NCBI GenBank assembly: GCA_043718025.1
Contig: JAYSWN010000140.1
Coordinates: 1-25,750 of the forward strand
Length of the DNA: 25,750 bases
From: Pseudomonadota bacterium
GTDB taxonomy: Bacteria; Bdellovibrionota; FAC87; UBA2466
Direction of reading: 5' to 3'
The notes under the pieces are model-generated. The model was not told the DNA's origin. It worked only from the letters and a program-made list of their open reading frames with translations, and did not search any database. Position numbers and translations under genes: made by a program. Below, in pieces: positions 1 to 9,100 of this stretch. Position 1 is the stretch's first letter, and each line of letters opens with the position of its first letter.

Positions 1-1216
1 TAAGAAAGGTGAAGATAATTTGAACAAAAACCTTTCTGAAGCCTTTGGAAGCATTCGATTCATAAAGCCAGTGTAGCAAGAGCAGTGCCGACAAGGCCGC
101 CGGCAAAAGGCCAAAGCCTCCCATTAACGACCCGGCGTTGCTTAATAGGTTAGTGGCCAACATTGCGATTAGAGAAGGAAACGCAACCAACCAAAATAGT
201 AAACGAGATGCGTGCCGCTTTTCTACTAAGAGATAAAGTGCGAAGGAGGCAAGCCCTAGGGCCAAAAGCCAATTTTGTTCGAGGAAGTTTGTGGCCGGGG
301 TTAAAAAAAATAGTGATATCAGGGCCAACGTGAGGATGCGGTCACGATATTGTGGCCAACGGCGGCAAGTGAAGAAGCTCAAACCGAGGAGGGGGGCCAA
401 GCACCACCATTTCGGTAGCCTAATGAGTACGAGATTCAAGATCCGAATAGTAAAATTTCGGGGCCCGAAAGTTGCCATCAACTCATTTAGACGGCTGGGG
501 TAATTCACATAACGGGCGTAGAAAAATAGTGACCCTAAAATTGCGAGGCTCACCAAGAGATAGATGCCGGTGTTACGGATTCGACTTCTCTTGGGCGACA
601 AAAAAATTAGTGCCGCCCCCGCCGCGACCGCCGCATAGATAAGGGGCGGGTAACAAATAGCCCCGAGAACGTTACAAACGGCAGCCCCGAACACTAGGCC
701 CCCTTCAAACCTTTGTGACCATAGGGCGAAAAATAGGGTGAACAATCCCGTCATCAAGAACCGCTCACCAAGAATGGCATGGCTCGCAAATCCAAAATTA
801 AATGGCGTAAAACTAATTACAAAAGCAAACGCCGTCACGGAAACCAATTTAGTCGCAGTCAATCTTTGAAAGTAGTAACTGACAATTGCCGCAAACCCAA
901 CAACTGAGACTGCGGCTACCGATCTCTGGAACAAGACAAGTCCGACGGTGCCAGGCAAAATGATCTGTTTTAGCCAATGGAGCGGATAGAAAAAAAGAGC
1001 CGTGGTTTGGCAAGGATTCAATTCGTCAATAAACAGCCGGTCCCCCAAATAAAAGCGGTGGGCTACGGCGTAAAAGAAAGCCTCTTCGCCAAAACCTCTT
1101 CCGTAGTAGGGGCGTAGAAAAAGAATGCCAGTTGCCAAGGCCGCCAGCGCATAGAGAAGTGCTTCTGGTGTTAATACGCGGAAAAGCTTTTCCCTGACCC
1201 TAGATTGATTTGTCAT
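1..1216 (-). CDS. Polytopic membrane protein, possibly GT-C/ArnT-like glycosyltransferase; runs off the left edge
   Basis: Not in the ORF track. ATG at 1216 gives MTNQSRVREKLFRVLTPEALLYALAALATGILFLRPYYGRGFGEEAFFFYAVAHRFYLGDRLFIDE...; the same frame at the left edge reads ...LLFWLVAFPSLIAMLATNLLSNAGSLMGGFGLLPAALSALLLHW...VFVQIIFTFL. I translated both ends, not every middle codon. Many hydrophobic helices; an acidic pair (EE) after the first helix as in GT-C enzymes (family call is inference). Confidence 0.75.
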   Translation of the reverse strand, partial: MTNQSRVREKLFRVLTPEALLYALAALATGILFLRPYYGRGFGEEAFFYAVAHRFYLGDRLFIDELNPCQTTALFFYPLHWLKQIILPGTVGLVLFQRSVAAVSVVGFAAIVSYYFQRLTATKLVSVTAFAFVISFTPFNFGFASHAILGERFLMTGLFTLFFALWSQRFEGGLVFGAAVCNVLGAICYPPLIYAAVAAGAALIFLSPKRSRIRNTGIYLLVSLAILGSLFFYARYVNYPSRLNELMATFGPRNFTIRILNLVLIRLPKWWCLAPLLGLSFFTCRRWPQYRDRILTLALISLFFLTPATNFLEQNWLLALGLASFALYLLVEKRHASRLLFWLVAFPSLIAMLATNLLSNAGSLMGGFGLLPAALSALLLLHWLYESNASKGFRKVFVQIIFTFL

Positions 1217-1223
1217 GCGTCGA

Positions 1224-1229
1224 ATTATA
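1224..1229 (-). promoter_or_regulatory. Consensus -10 box (TATAAT) 7 nt upstream of the ATG at 1216
   Basis: + strand ATTATA 1224-1229 = TATAAT on minus; no Shine-Dalgarno before the ATG; -35 weak (CTGCCG). Confidence 0.55.
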
Positions 1230-1293
1230 ACTCACCCCTCAGGGGCGGCAGTAGGAGGAAAGCGCTGGCGGTTCTAATTTATGGGTTAAAATG

Positions 1294-1322
1294 AAAAGCC
1301 CGGCTCAGAGAGCCGGGCTTTT
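1294..1322. terminator. Rho-independent terminator (bidirectional form) downstream of dsbA
   Basis: AAAAGCCCGGCTC-AGA-GAGCCGGGCTTTT: perfect inverted repeat with A/T tails on both sides, 27 nt past the dsbA stop. Confidence 0.9.
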
Positions 1323-1349
1323 TAATTCGATTCCAGCGGAAGCGATGAA

Positions 1350-2405
1350 TTAGCCTCGACCGGCGCGATCGATCTTTTCTTTGAATTTTTCAAATGGCTG
1401 CGCCCCTTGAATCATTACGCCGTTGATCACGAAAGAGGGCGTAGCTTGAATTCCGAGGGTTTCGGCCTCGCTGCGGCTCTTTTCAATGAGGGGCAGATGT
1501 TTCTTGCTGTCGAAGCACTCCGCGAATTTCTTTTCGTCCAAGGTAAGTTTCTTGGCGTAAGATTTTAGATCCGCATCTTCGAGTTTGGCTTGATTATCAA
1601 ACAGCATGTCATGCATTTCCCAGAACTTTCCTTGATCATTGGCGCAGTGAGCGGCCATCGAAGCGGCCGGCGCGCGGTTGTGCGACGGTAAGGGCATGTC
1701 GCGGAAAACGATTTTTACTTTGTCGGGACCGTACTCTTTTTTGATCCGTTCCAACACCGGAACCGCGCGGGAGCAGAAAGGGCACTGGTAATCAGAAAAT
1801 TCTACGATCGTTACCGGTGCCTTTGGGTTTCCCCAGGTTGGATAACCGGCAACGGCCACCGACACTTTTGGCGACTCAGGCTCTTTAACGAACATTTTTA
1901 CCTTGGCATTTTGACGAAGCGTTGCCACGTAGCCTTGGCGTTTTTCAAACTTCTTTTTGTACTTCAAGTAGTCGCGAACATCTTCTTTGCGGATGCGCGG
2001 ATCCTTAAGTGACAGCCCTTTGGCACTCAAGAAGCTATCGATCTCCTTGTCTTCAACGCTGCTAACCACCCCCCCGGCCTCTTTTTCAAGAAGCTGATCG
2101 ACGGGTAGGTTTTTCGCTTTGGCTTCATTTTCTAAAAGCCTCTGCTCAACGAATTCGTTAATTGCGGTCTCTTTGGTACGGTAAGCCTCTTCTTCTAAAT
2201 CAAAAAGACGGGTTTTAACCGTAGTGAAGGCTTCGGACGCTTTCACTGGCTTGCCGTTATATTCGGCCACCACCGGATCGGTCCCGCCGCCGGTTCTTGT
2301 TGATCCGCCCACCAACAGGGTGCCGACTACGCCCAAGGCTAAACCGCCGACCACGGCGGCAATGATAAGGGGCATGGGCAGAGATGAATTTGGCTTGTCG
2401 CTCAT
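1350..2405 (-). CDS. dsbA: DsbA-family thiol-disulfide oxidoreductase with N-terminal TM anchor and SurA-N-like helical domain
   Basis: GNPKAPVTIVEFSDYQCPFC (CxxC), cis-Pro loop GIQATPSFVING, N-terminal hydrophobic helix, SD TTAGGAG upstream. Confidence 0.9.
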   Translation of the reverse strand: MSDKPNSSLPMPLIIAAVVGGLALGVVGTLLVGGSTRTGGGTDPVVAEYNGKPVKASEAFTTVKTRLFDLEEEAYRTKETAINEFVEQRLLENEAKAKNLPVDQLLEKEAGGVVSSVEDKEIDSFLSAKGLSLKDPRIRKEDVRDYLKYKKKFEKRQGYVATLRQNAKVKMFVKEPESPKVSVAVAGYPTWGNPKAPVTIVEFSDYQCPFCSRAVPVLERIKKEYGPDKVKIVFRDMPLPSHNRAPAASMAAHCANDQGKFWEMHDMLFDNQAKLEDADLKSYAKKLTLDEKKFAECFDSKKHLPLIEKSRSEAETLGIQATPSFVINGVMIQGAQPFEKFKEKIDRAGRG

Positions 2406-2496
2406 GAACGCTCCTAAAAGTTGAGTAAAACCGGAAGCCTAGTCAGGAATGCCGAGCTTGGAAAGGCTTTTCAGGCTTAAGCGGGGTGTGTGGGGT

Positions 2497-3645
2497 TTAG
2501 CCGCCTTTAGCAAAGCGCAGCTGTACGGCGCTTCCCGAAGTGCTGCCCTCTTTTAGCTTAAAGCCCGCGAACGAATTTTTTTGAAGGCGTTGCATCAGCT
2601 CCTCGCTGCTCAGTCCGCTTAAGATCTCGTATTCTACGCGCGAGGGTTCAGTCTTTTTAAGCACCACCCGGGTGACGAAATCTAAACGCGACAAGCCGTT
2701 GTCCAGTTGCTTAAAGGCGCGCAATGAGTCCAACCCATCCACCACCAGGGCGTGAACGCTGCTGAATAGGGTGCCTTGTTCGACCAGTTCGTTCAAACCG
2801 CCGGTGAACTCTTGCATTGCGGCGTGGGCGGCTTTTTTAGAGCGCTCTGAGTTTGCTCCTTCACGGAAATCAAACGGCAGGTCTTCAGACTTACCCAGCG
2901 CCAAACGGTTTTGCGGAAAATAGTAGAAAAGCAGGTCGGCGCGGCTGCCGCCACACGAGGGGCATTGTGAAAAATGGATCCACACGGCCGAGTTGGCATT
3001 GCGGGTTTGGCCCGCTTCGGCGAGCGAGCGGATTTCAGCCTCGGTGCGAGGGGGGGTTGGCGTCGACAGGCCGGTGCCTTGAAAAGGTGTCGCGGTTGCA
3101 TTCAGTTTATTAAGACTCAGTTGGAGCTGCGCGTAAAAAACTTCGGCGATGCCGCTGCGAACCGCCGTGGCAGTCTCTTGGGCGCGATACGTAGCGGGCT
3201 CTGAAGAGATGATGACCATCGGCGTTAGGCCCGAGGCGCCCTGGCTTCTCACTTCAAACCGGCGTAGCCACCGCTTAAGTGAGTCGCTATCAAGTGATCC
3301 GGAAAGAATTACCGTATTTTTCTCGCTGGCGGGGCGTGAAATTTTATACTCCAAAATATATTTCTCGGCGAAACCCGAAGTCACCTTCTCGGCGTACTTT
3401 GGATAGCGGCTGCCTAAATGCTCCTGCAAATAGTTGATTACGGCTTGGTGCTTTAAACGCGCGGTCAAATCGGTTGGGCCGTCGCTCTCTTCCTCACCTT
3501 CGGGGGCGGTAACGCCCTTTTTAGGGGCGACCTTGGTCTCTTCGGGCGGCGGTAGGTCTTTGGAAGAGACCGTAAAGGATACCCCTTCCGCGAAGGCGTA
3601 GTGGTTTAACAGCAGGGCTAAAAAGAAAAATTTAACGCACTTCAA
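2497..3645 (-). CDS. Exported hypothetical protein (382 aa)
   Basis: Signal-peptide-like N-terminus (MKCVKFFFLALLLNHYAFA), start overlaps the dnaE 3' end by 14 nt, internal CPSC, C-terminal alpha/beta domain. Confidence 0.75.
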   Translation of the reverse strand: MKCVKFFFLALLLNHYAFAEGVSFTVSSKDLPPPEETKVAPKKGVTAPEGEEESDGPTDLTARLKHQAVINYLQEHLGSRYPKYAEKVTSGFAEKYILEYKISRPASEKNTVILSGSLDSDSLKRWLRRFEVRSQGASGLTPMVIISSEPATYRAQETATAVRSGIAEVFYAQLQLSLNKLNATATPFQGTGLSTPTPPRTEAEIRSLAEAGQTRNANSAVWIHFSQCPSCGGSRADLLFYYFPQNRLALGKSEDLPFDFREGANSERSKKAAHAAMQEFTGGLNELVEQGTLFSSVHALVVDGLDSLRAFKQLDNGLSRLDFVTRVVLKKTEPSRVEYEILSGLSSEELMQRLQKNSFAGFKLKEGSTSGSAVQLRFAKGG

Positions 3646-6600
3646 CGACAGCTCCTTGGTCTTTGAGTAAGACTTGTAGGCCTTCGAGCATTTCGCGCTT
3701 AGCGGCCACCCGCTGGGGCAGCCTTAAGACGGTTTCCTGCGCGTTATCAAAGTTCACATGAACTAAGACGGGAATGCCATCCTTTTTGTTTTCACGACTC
3801 AAAAACTCGCTCAATCCCTTAAAAATTTCTGGGGAAAGCGATTTATCTTTGGCGTTGAGTTCAATATGAACCTCGCGCCCCATGGTTTCAAACGCGTAGC
3901 GTAACGGCAGAATTAGCGAATTGCTCTTTTTGGATAAGAGCAGCTTCTTTCCATTTTCATTAATCTCTAGATTGGCGCGAATCCATACCGGCTCGCCCGA
4001 TTTTAGCGTAGCCTCGCCCTCCAAAAAGACGTCGGAGAAGATCACCGCTTCCATTTCACCGAATTGATCACCAAAATTGACAAAGGCCATGCGGTCGCCG
4101 CGCTTGGTAAAAATTTCGCGCATCCCCAGCACTTCAACGCCGATACGCACTTCCCGTGGAGAGTTCACTTTTTCGAGTTCACTTAAATTAGTGGTGGTGT
4201 AGCGTTCAAGCTCGCCGCTAAACGAGTCGAGCGGGTGGCCGGTCATGAAAAAGCCGGTGGTCTCTTTTTCGTATTTTAACTCTTCTTGGCGGGGCCACGG
4301 CGGCTCATTGGGATAGCTGACCGTACGTTCTTTAAACGACACGTCTTCATCCATGAGGTCAAAGAAGGACTCTTGGTTTTCATCGTGCGTTTTTTGTAGC
4401 GCCGAACCCATTTCGAGAGCGCTATCTAAAGCCTTAAAGATCGAGGCGCGGTTGTGGCCAAAACTATCGAATACGCCGGCTTTGGTAAACGCTTCGAGCA
4501 CGCGCTTATTTACCGTGCGCGAATTGCAACGGGCGCAAAGATCGAAAACGTCGGTAAAGGGGCCGTCTTTTTTGCGCGACTCAATAACGGTGAGAATCGC
4601 CATCTCACCCACGCCTTTGATGGCGCCAAATCCAAAGCGGATGGTTTGATCGTTAACGATGGTAAAATCCAAAAGCGATTCGTTAATGTCGGGCTGCAAT
4701 ACGCGGATGCCGTGTTTTCTCGCGTCGACAATATACTTGGTGATCTTGTCGGTGTTCTCACTCTCGATCGAAAGCAGGGCGGCAAAAAATTCGGGCTGAT
4801 AATGCGCTTTGATGAACGCGGTATGCACCGTTACCACCGAATAGGCGGCGGCGTGCGATTTATTAAAACCGTAACCGGCGAATTTGGCCATCAGATCGAA
4901 AACTTTTTCGGTCTTGCCGACTTCGAAGTTATTCTTGGCGCCGCCTTCCATGAAGATGGACTTTTGCTTGGCCATCTCTTCCGGCTTCTTTTTTCCCATG
5001 GCGCGACGAAGCAAGTCGGCGCCGCCGGCGGTATAACTGGCCAGCCGCATGGCGATCTGCTGAACTTGCTCTTGGTACACGATCACGCCGTACGTCTCGT
5101 TTAGAATCGGTCGCAGCTCTTCAAAATCGTAAACTACCGGGGTGTGACCATGCTTGCGGGCAATAAAATCATCGACCATGCCGCTTTCTAGTGGGCCGGG
5201 TCGGTAAATCGCAGTGATTGCGACAATATCGCCAAAGGCGTCGGGCTTAACTTTTCGGGTTAAGTCTTGCATCCCCGAACTTTCTAGCTGGAAAATACCG
5301 GCCGTGTCGCCGCGCCCCAGCATCTCGAACATCTTTTTGTCGGTCAGGGGAATTTTAAAGAGGGCGAACTGGTTGTCGGGGTGGCGCTCTTGAATCAAGA
5401 TTTCGGCGCGCCGCAAAAAGGTAAGGGTTTTTAAGCCCAGAAAATCGAATTTGATAAGGCCAATTTTGTCGGCGTTATTCATGTCGAACTGGATCACCAG
5501 CTCGTTATTTTTTCCCTTATAAAGAGGGCAGTGCTCGACCATGGGCCGGTTTGAGATCACCAGGCCCGCGGCGTGTATCGAAGCATGGCGGTAAAGCCCC
5601 TCGAGAGCGCGGCAGGTTTGAAACAGGTGATGAATTTTTGGATCTTTTTCGACCAGGTCGCGCAGTCGTGACTCTGCCGCGTACGCCTCATCTAAAGTGA
5701 TGTTGAGGGTTTCGGGAACCAGGGTGGCTATTTTACCCACATCGATGGGGAGCATGCCAAATACCCGGCCCACGTCGCGAATGACTCCCCGGGCCTGCAG
5801 TTTTCCAAAGGTAATGATCTGGGCGACGCACTCTTTGCCATATTTTTGCACCACGTAGTCGATGATTTGACCACGCTTGTCCATACAAAAATCGACGTCA
5901 AAGTCGGGAAGCGAAATCCGCTCGGGATTTAAAAAACGTTCGAACAGCAACCCGTGCTCGATCGGATCTAAATCGGTAATTCTGAGCGCATAGGCCACGA
6001 TGCTGCCCGCGCCAGAGCCTCGACCGGGGCCTACGGGAATGTCGTTGGCCTTGGCGTACGTAATAAAATCGGCCACGATTAAAAAATAACCGGTGAAGCC
6101 CATCTCGTTAATGACCTTAAGCTCGCGGTCGAGACGGGCAATGTACTTCCGTTTTTCTTCTTCGGTCCACGGCGCACGGCCCAATTCTACGGCGTCGTCC
6201 CAGCGTTTCTGCAAACCTTGCATCGACAATTCGTTAATGTGATCTACGGGCGTTTTGCCGCCGGGCGGAACGAAATTCGGGTAGTGATAAATTTTTCGTC
6301 CCGAATCATCGGTAAACTTAAAATCGAAATTGCACTGGCGGGTGATCTCCATGGTGTTGGAAATCGCTTCGGGACAAAACGAAAACTCTTCTTTAATCAC
6401 CGCCTGAGACTTGAAGTAAAATTCGTCTGATCTCACTGACGAAGGCGACAAGTCTTGAAGTACCCGGCCGGTTTGAATCGCCATCAACACTTCTTGGTTA
6501 AAGGCGTCTTCTTTGCGCAGGTAATGCACGTCGGCGGTGGCAATCAGGGGGATGCCTAAATCTTTTGAGAGCTCTTGGTAGCGGTTATTCACCATCATCT

Positions 6601-7180
6601 GCTGAGGCAAACCGTTTTGTTGCATCTCCAAATAGAAGCGGCCCGCAAAAGTGTCGCGGTACCACTTGGCGGCCTCTTTTGCGCGATCCATGTCGCCCAT
6701 CAGACAAAGGTGCGCAAGCTCACTCTTTAAACAGGCAGAGGTGGCAATCAGCCCTTCGCTATGTTTGGCGAGGATCTCTTTATCGATGCGGGGCCGGTAG
6801 TAAAAACCTTCGAGGTAGGCCGAGCTCACCAGATGGCAAAGGTTTTGGTAGCCCACTTCGTTTTGGCACAACAACACCAGATGGTGCATGCCGTTTCGGA
6901 ACGTGGAGTAGGGAGCCAGCTCAGCATCGTCGCTGCCGTGGGTGGCGCGCATTAGGCGGCTACCCGGTGCCATATAAACTTCGCAGCCGATGATTGGCTT
7001 TACGCCAACGTCTTTAGCCTTGGTGTAAAAATCGAGGGCGCCAAAGAGGTTGCCATGATCGGTGATCGCCACGGCTTCCATCTGGTCGGCGGCGGCGGCT
7101 TCCACCAGGTCGTCCAAGCGCAGGGCACTGTCTAAAAGACTAAACGCAGTATGGACGTGCAAGTGGGTAAAATCTGCCAT
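3632..7180 (-). CDS. dnaE: DNA polymerase III alpha subunit
   Basis: PHP domain (HLHVHT, AITDHGN, IIGCE), GPGRGSGAGS, LPDFDVDF, IKFDFLGL, YGFNKSHAAAY, C-terminal OB fold; 1182 aa, no intein. Confidence 0.98.
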   Translation of the reverse strand: MADFTHLHVHTAFSLLDSALRLDDLVEAAAADQMEAVAITDHGNLFGALDFYTKAKDVGVKPIIGCEVYMAPGSRLMRATHGSDDAELAPYSTFRNGMHHLVLLCQNEVGYQNLCHLVSSAYLEGFYYRPRIDKEILAKHSEGLIATSACLKSELAHLCLMGDMDRAKEAAKWYRDTFAGRFYLEMQQNGLPQQMMVNNRYQELSKDLGIPLIATADVHYLRKEDAFNQEVLMAIQTGRVLQDLSPSSVRSDEFYFKSQAVIKEEFSFCPEAISNTMEITRQCNFDFKFTDDSGRKIYHYPNFVPPGGKTPVDHINELSMQGLQKRWDDAVELGRAPWTEEEKRKYIARLDRELKVINEMGFTGYFLIVADFITYAKANDIPVGPGRGSGAGSIVAYALRITDLDPIEHGLLFERFLNPERISLPDFDVDFCMDKRGQIIDYVVQKYGKECVAQIITFGKLQARGVIRDVGRVFGMLPIDVGKIATLVPETLNITLDEAYAAESRLRDLVEKDPKIHHLFQTCRALEGLYRHASIHAAGLVISNRPMVEHCPLYKGKNNELVIQFDMNNADKIGLIKFDFLGLKTLTFLRRAEILIQERHPDNQFALFKIPLTDKKMFEMLGRGDTAGIFQLESSGMQDLTRKVKPDAFGDIVAITAIYRPGPLESGMVDDFIARKHGHTPVVYDFEELRPILNETYGVIVYQEQVQQIAMRLASYTAGGADLLRRAMGKKKPEEMAKQKSIFMEGGAKNNFEVGKTEKVFDLMAKFAGYGFNKSHAAAYSVVTVHTAFIKAHYQPEFFAALLSIESENTDKITKYIVDARKHGIRVLQPDINESLLDFTIVNDQTIRFGFGAIKGVGEMAILTVIESRKKDGPFTDVFDLCARCNSRTVNKRVLEAFTKAGVFDSFGHNRASIFKALDSALEMGSALQKTHDENQESFFDLMDEDVSFKERTVSYPNEPPWPRQEELKYEKETTGFFMTGHPLDSFSGELERYTTTNLSELEKVNSPREVRIGVEVLGMREIFTKRGDRMAFVNFGDQFGEMEAVIFSDVFLEGEATLKSGEPVWIRANLEINENGKKLLLSKKSNSLILPLRYAFETMGREVHIELNAKDKSLSPEIFKGLSEFLSRENKKDGIPVLVHVNFDNAQETVLRLPQRVAAKREMLEGLQVLLKDQGAVVEVR

Positions 7181-7202
7181 TAGATTTTCCCACGCTTAGT
7201 TT

Positions 7203-7892
7203 TCACTGCAGAATGGTTCCGATTCGCTCTGGGCGCACGCGCCAGTCTAGGCTCGAAAACCAAATGAACATGGCCCGCCCCTTTAAGTTTTCAATGGGCA
7301 CAAAGCCCCAGGCCCGACTGTCGTGAGAATTGTCGCGGTTGTCGCCCACGGCAAAAACTGAATCAGGCGGAACGGTGATGCCGTCGAGATCGGGACTGTA
7401 GGGAAACTCGCGGTTCATCGGCCGGCCGTCGTCCAAAATTACGTTGTGTTTCACGCCATTGAGATTCTCAACGAAGAGGGTCTTATCTTCATTCCGCTCA
7501 ATGTCGTAAAGCACTTCGCGGTTGGTGGTCAGTTCAATGGGCACGGGCTGGCCATTTACATAGAGTTTTCCGCCGCGAACCGCCAGGCGATCCCCCGCCA
7601 CTGCCACCGCCCGTTTCACGTAGGTGATGGCCGGATCAGCCGGGGCTCGAAATAAAATGATGTCGCCCTTTTTCACGTCGCGCAGTTTGATGAGCACGGT
7701 GTCGGTAAAAGGAAAACGGATGTCGTACGCGCACTTCAAAGCGTAAAGCCGGTCACCCGGTTTTAATGTGGGCTCCATCGAACCGGTAGGCACCACGTAG
7801 GGCTCAACAATTGTCCAACGCAAGGCGAGCAACGCCACGATTAGGTATAAGAGGGGCAACTGACTGCGTAACTTTTCTTTCCAATTTTCCAT
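7203..7892 (-). CDS. lepB: Signal peptidase I
   Basis: VPTGSMEPTL (catalytic Ser), YVKR (catalytic Lys), GDNRDNSHDSR, N-terminal TM helix. Confidence 0.96.
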   Translation of the reverse strand: MENWKEKLRSQLPLLYLIVALLALRWTIVEPYVVPTGSMEPTLKPGDRLYALKCAYDIRFPFTDTVLIKLRDVKKGDIILFRAPADPAITYVKRAVAVAGDRLAVRGGKLYVNGQPVPIELTTNREVLYDIERNEDKTLFVENLNGVKHNVILDDGRPMNREFPYSPDLDGITVPPDSVFAVGDNRDNSHDSRAWGFVPIENLKGRAMFIWFSSLDWRVRPERIGTILQ

Positions 7893-7943
7893 TACCGCTG
7901 AGGTCCTTTTTCAAACTGTTGCCAACTTGGCCAGCCTTTTGGC

Positions 7944-8990
7944 TTAGCCATCATTCAAAACTTCGCCCACGATCTGGGCCGCCCTTAAAATGTCGCTTCG
8001 TCCCAAATCAAGGTGAGTCACGGCCCGAATTCTGGAGTCACCCATCCAAGAAAACCGAACCCCCTTCTTTTCGCAAGCTTGTAAAAAAGATTCGGTAGAA
8101 ACTTTGGGGTGTGTCCAGTGAAAGAACACCATGTTGGTGCCCTGGGGTGATTCTTCGACCCGAATTCCGTTTTCTAATTTTTTTAGCTCTTGCTGCAGCA
8201 GGCGGGCGTTTTGGTGATCGTCTTCAAGCCGCTCTAAGTGATTTTCGAGCGCATACAACACACCGGCCGAAATGATGCCACTTTGGCGAAGGGCCCCGCC
8301 CATCCGTTGCTTGAGCAGGCGTACCTGGTCGTGCTCTGGTTTGGGAAACGCCAGAATGGCGCCCATCGGACAGCCCAACCCTTTGCTAAAGCAGATGGTC
8401 ACTGAATCAAATGCCTGCGCCAGCCGTTTTGCGGGCACTTTGGTGGCGACGGCGGCGTTGAACAGGCGGCTGCCATCTAGGTGAAGCTTGAGCCCCATGT
8501 TTTTGGCGGTGTGGGTCACCTCATCTAGGGCAGTCAGCGGCCAGGCCAAACCGCCCCCTAAATTCGAGGTATTCTCGACGACGAGAAGGCGCGAAATTGG
8601 AAAGTGCGGGCTTTTGGCGGTGGTGATGGCCGCTTTGAGCTCTTGGCCCGAAAAAATTCCGGAAGGGCTGGGGATGGTCTTGGCCATCGCCCGGGCGTGC
8701 ACCGCGGGTCCGCCCGCTTCAGCCCAAAAGATGTGGGCGGCGGAGGCCCCTAGCACCTCTTCGCCGGGCCGGCAGTGAATCTGAATGGCAATCTGGTTGG
8801 CCATGGTGGCGGTGGGAAAGAAAAAGGCGTCTTCTAGCCCCAGAAGTTCGGCCATCTTGTGTTCCAGCTTTAGGGTAGTGGGGTCTTCACCCTCTTGCTC
8901 GTCGCCCACTTCGGCGTCGGCCATGGCTTGGCGCATGGCTTTGGTGGGGCGGGTCATGGTGTCGCTGAAAAAATCGAGGCCTCTAAACAG
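7944..8990 (-). CDS. ltaE: Low-specificity L-threonine aldolase (PLP); start probably upstream of the ATG at 8957
   Basis: TATMANQIA, HLDGSRLFNAA, CFSKGLG (PLP Lys), IRAVTHLD. The family N-terminal motif (DxxSDTxTxP) is present as DFFSDTMTRP, partly upstream of the track's ATG; the frame is open back past CTG at 8990. Confidence 0.92.
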   Translation of the reverse strand: MFRGLDFFSDTMTRPTKAMRQAMADAEVGDEQEGEDPTTLKLEHKMAELLGLEDAFFFPTATMANQIAIQIHCRPGEEVLGASAAHIFWAEAGGPAVHARAMAKTIPSPSGIFSGQELKAAITTAKSPHFPISRLLVVENTSNLGGGLAWPLTALDEVTHTAKNMGLKLHLDGSRLFNAAVATKVPAKRLAQAFDSVTICFSKGLGCPMGAILAFPKPEHDQVRLLKQRMGGALRQSGIISAGVLYALENHLERLEDDHQNARLLQQELKKLENGIRVEESPQGTNMVFFHWTHPKVSTESFLQACEKKGVRFSWMGDSRIRAVTHLDLGRSDILRAAQIVGEVLNDG

Positions 8991-8998
8991 CGGGCGGC

Positions 8999-9027
8999 AT
9001 CATAAAGGGGGGAGGGGGCCGGGGCAA
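8999..9027 (-). promoter_or_regulatory. Sigma70-type promoter for the ltaE-lepB-dnaE run
   Basis: Minus strand TTGCCC (9027-9022), 17-nt spacer, TATGAT (9004-8999). Confidence 0.65.
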
Positions 9028-9031
9028 GGGC

Positions 9032-9060
9032 TTGGCATCGGCGGTTCCGGTGGTTAAAGT
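9032..9060 (+). promoter_or_regulatory. Sigma70-type promoter for fumC, back-to-back with the ltaE promoter
   Basis: TTGGCA (9032-9037), 17-nt spacer, TAAAGT (9055-9060). Confidence 0.55.
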
Positions 9061-9100
9061 TCGGGCACTTTTTAGAGCTTAATGATTGAGGAGATACGGC

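Noticed and set aside
291..503. 70-aa basic plus-strand ORF
   Set aside because: Antisense shadow of the T-rich membrane protein gene at 1-1216.
4353..6993. Plus-strand ORFs of 64-216 aa inside dnaE, and similar shadow ORFs inside fumC, pyk and other genes
   Set aside because: Antisense shadows of strongly conserved genes with no recognisable motifs.
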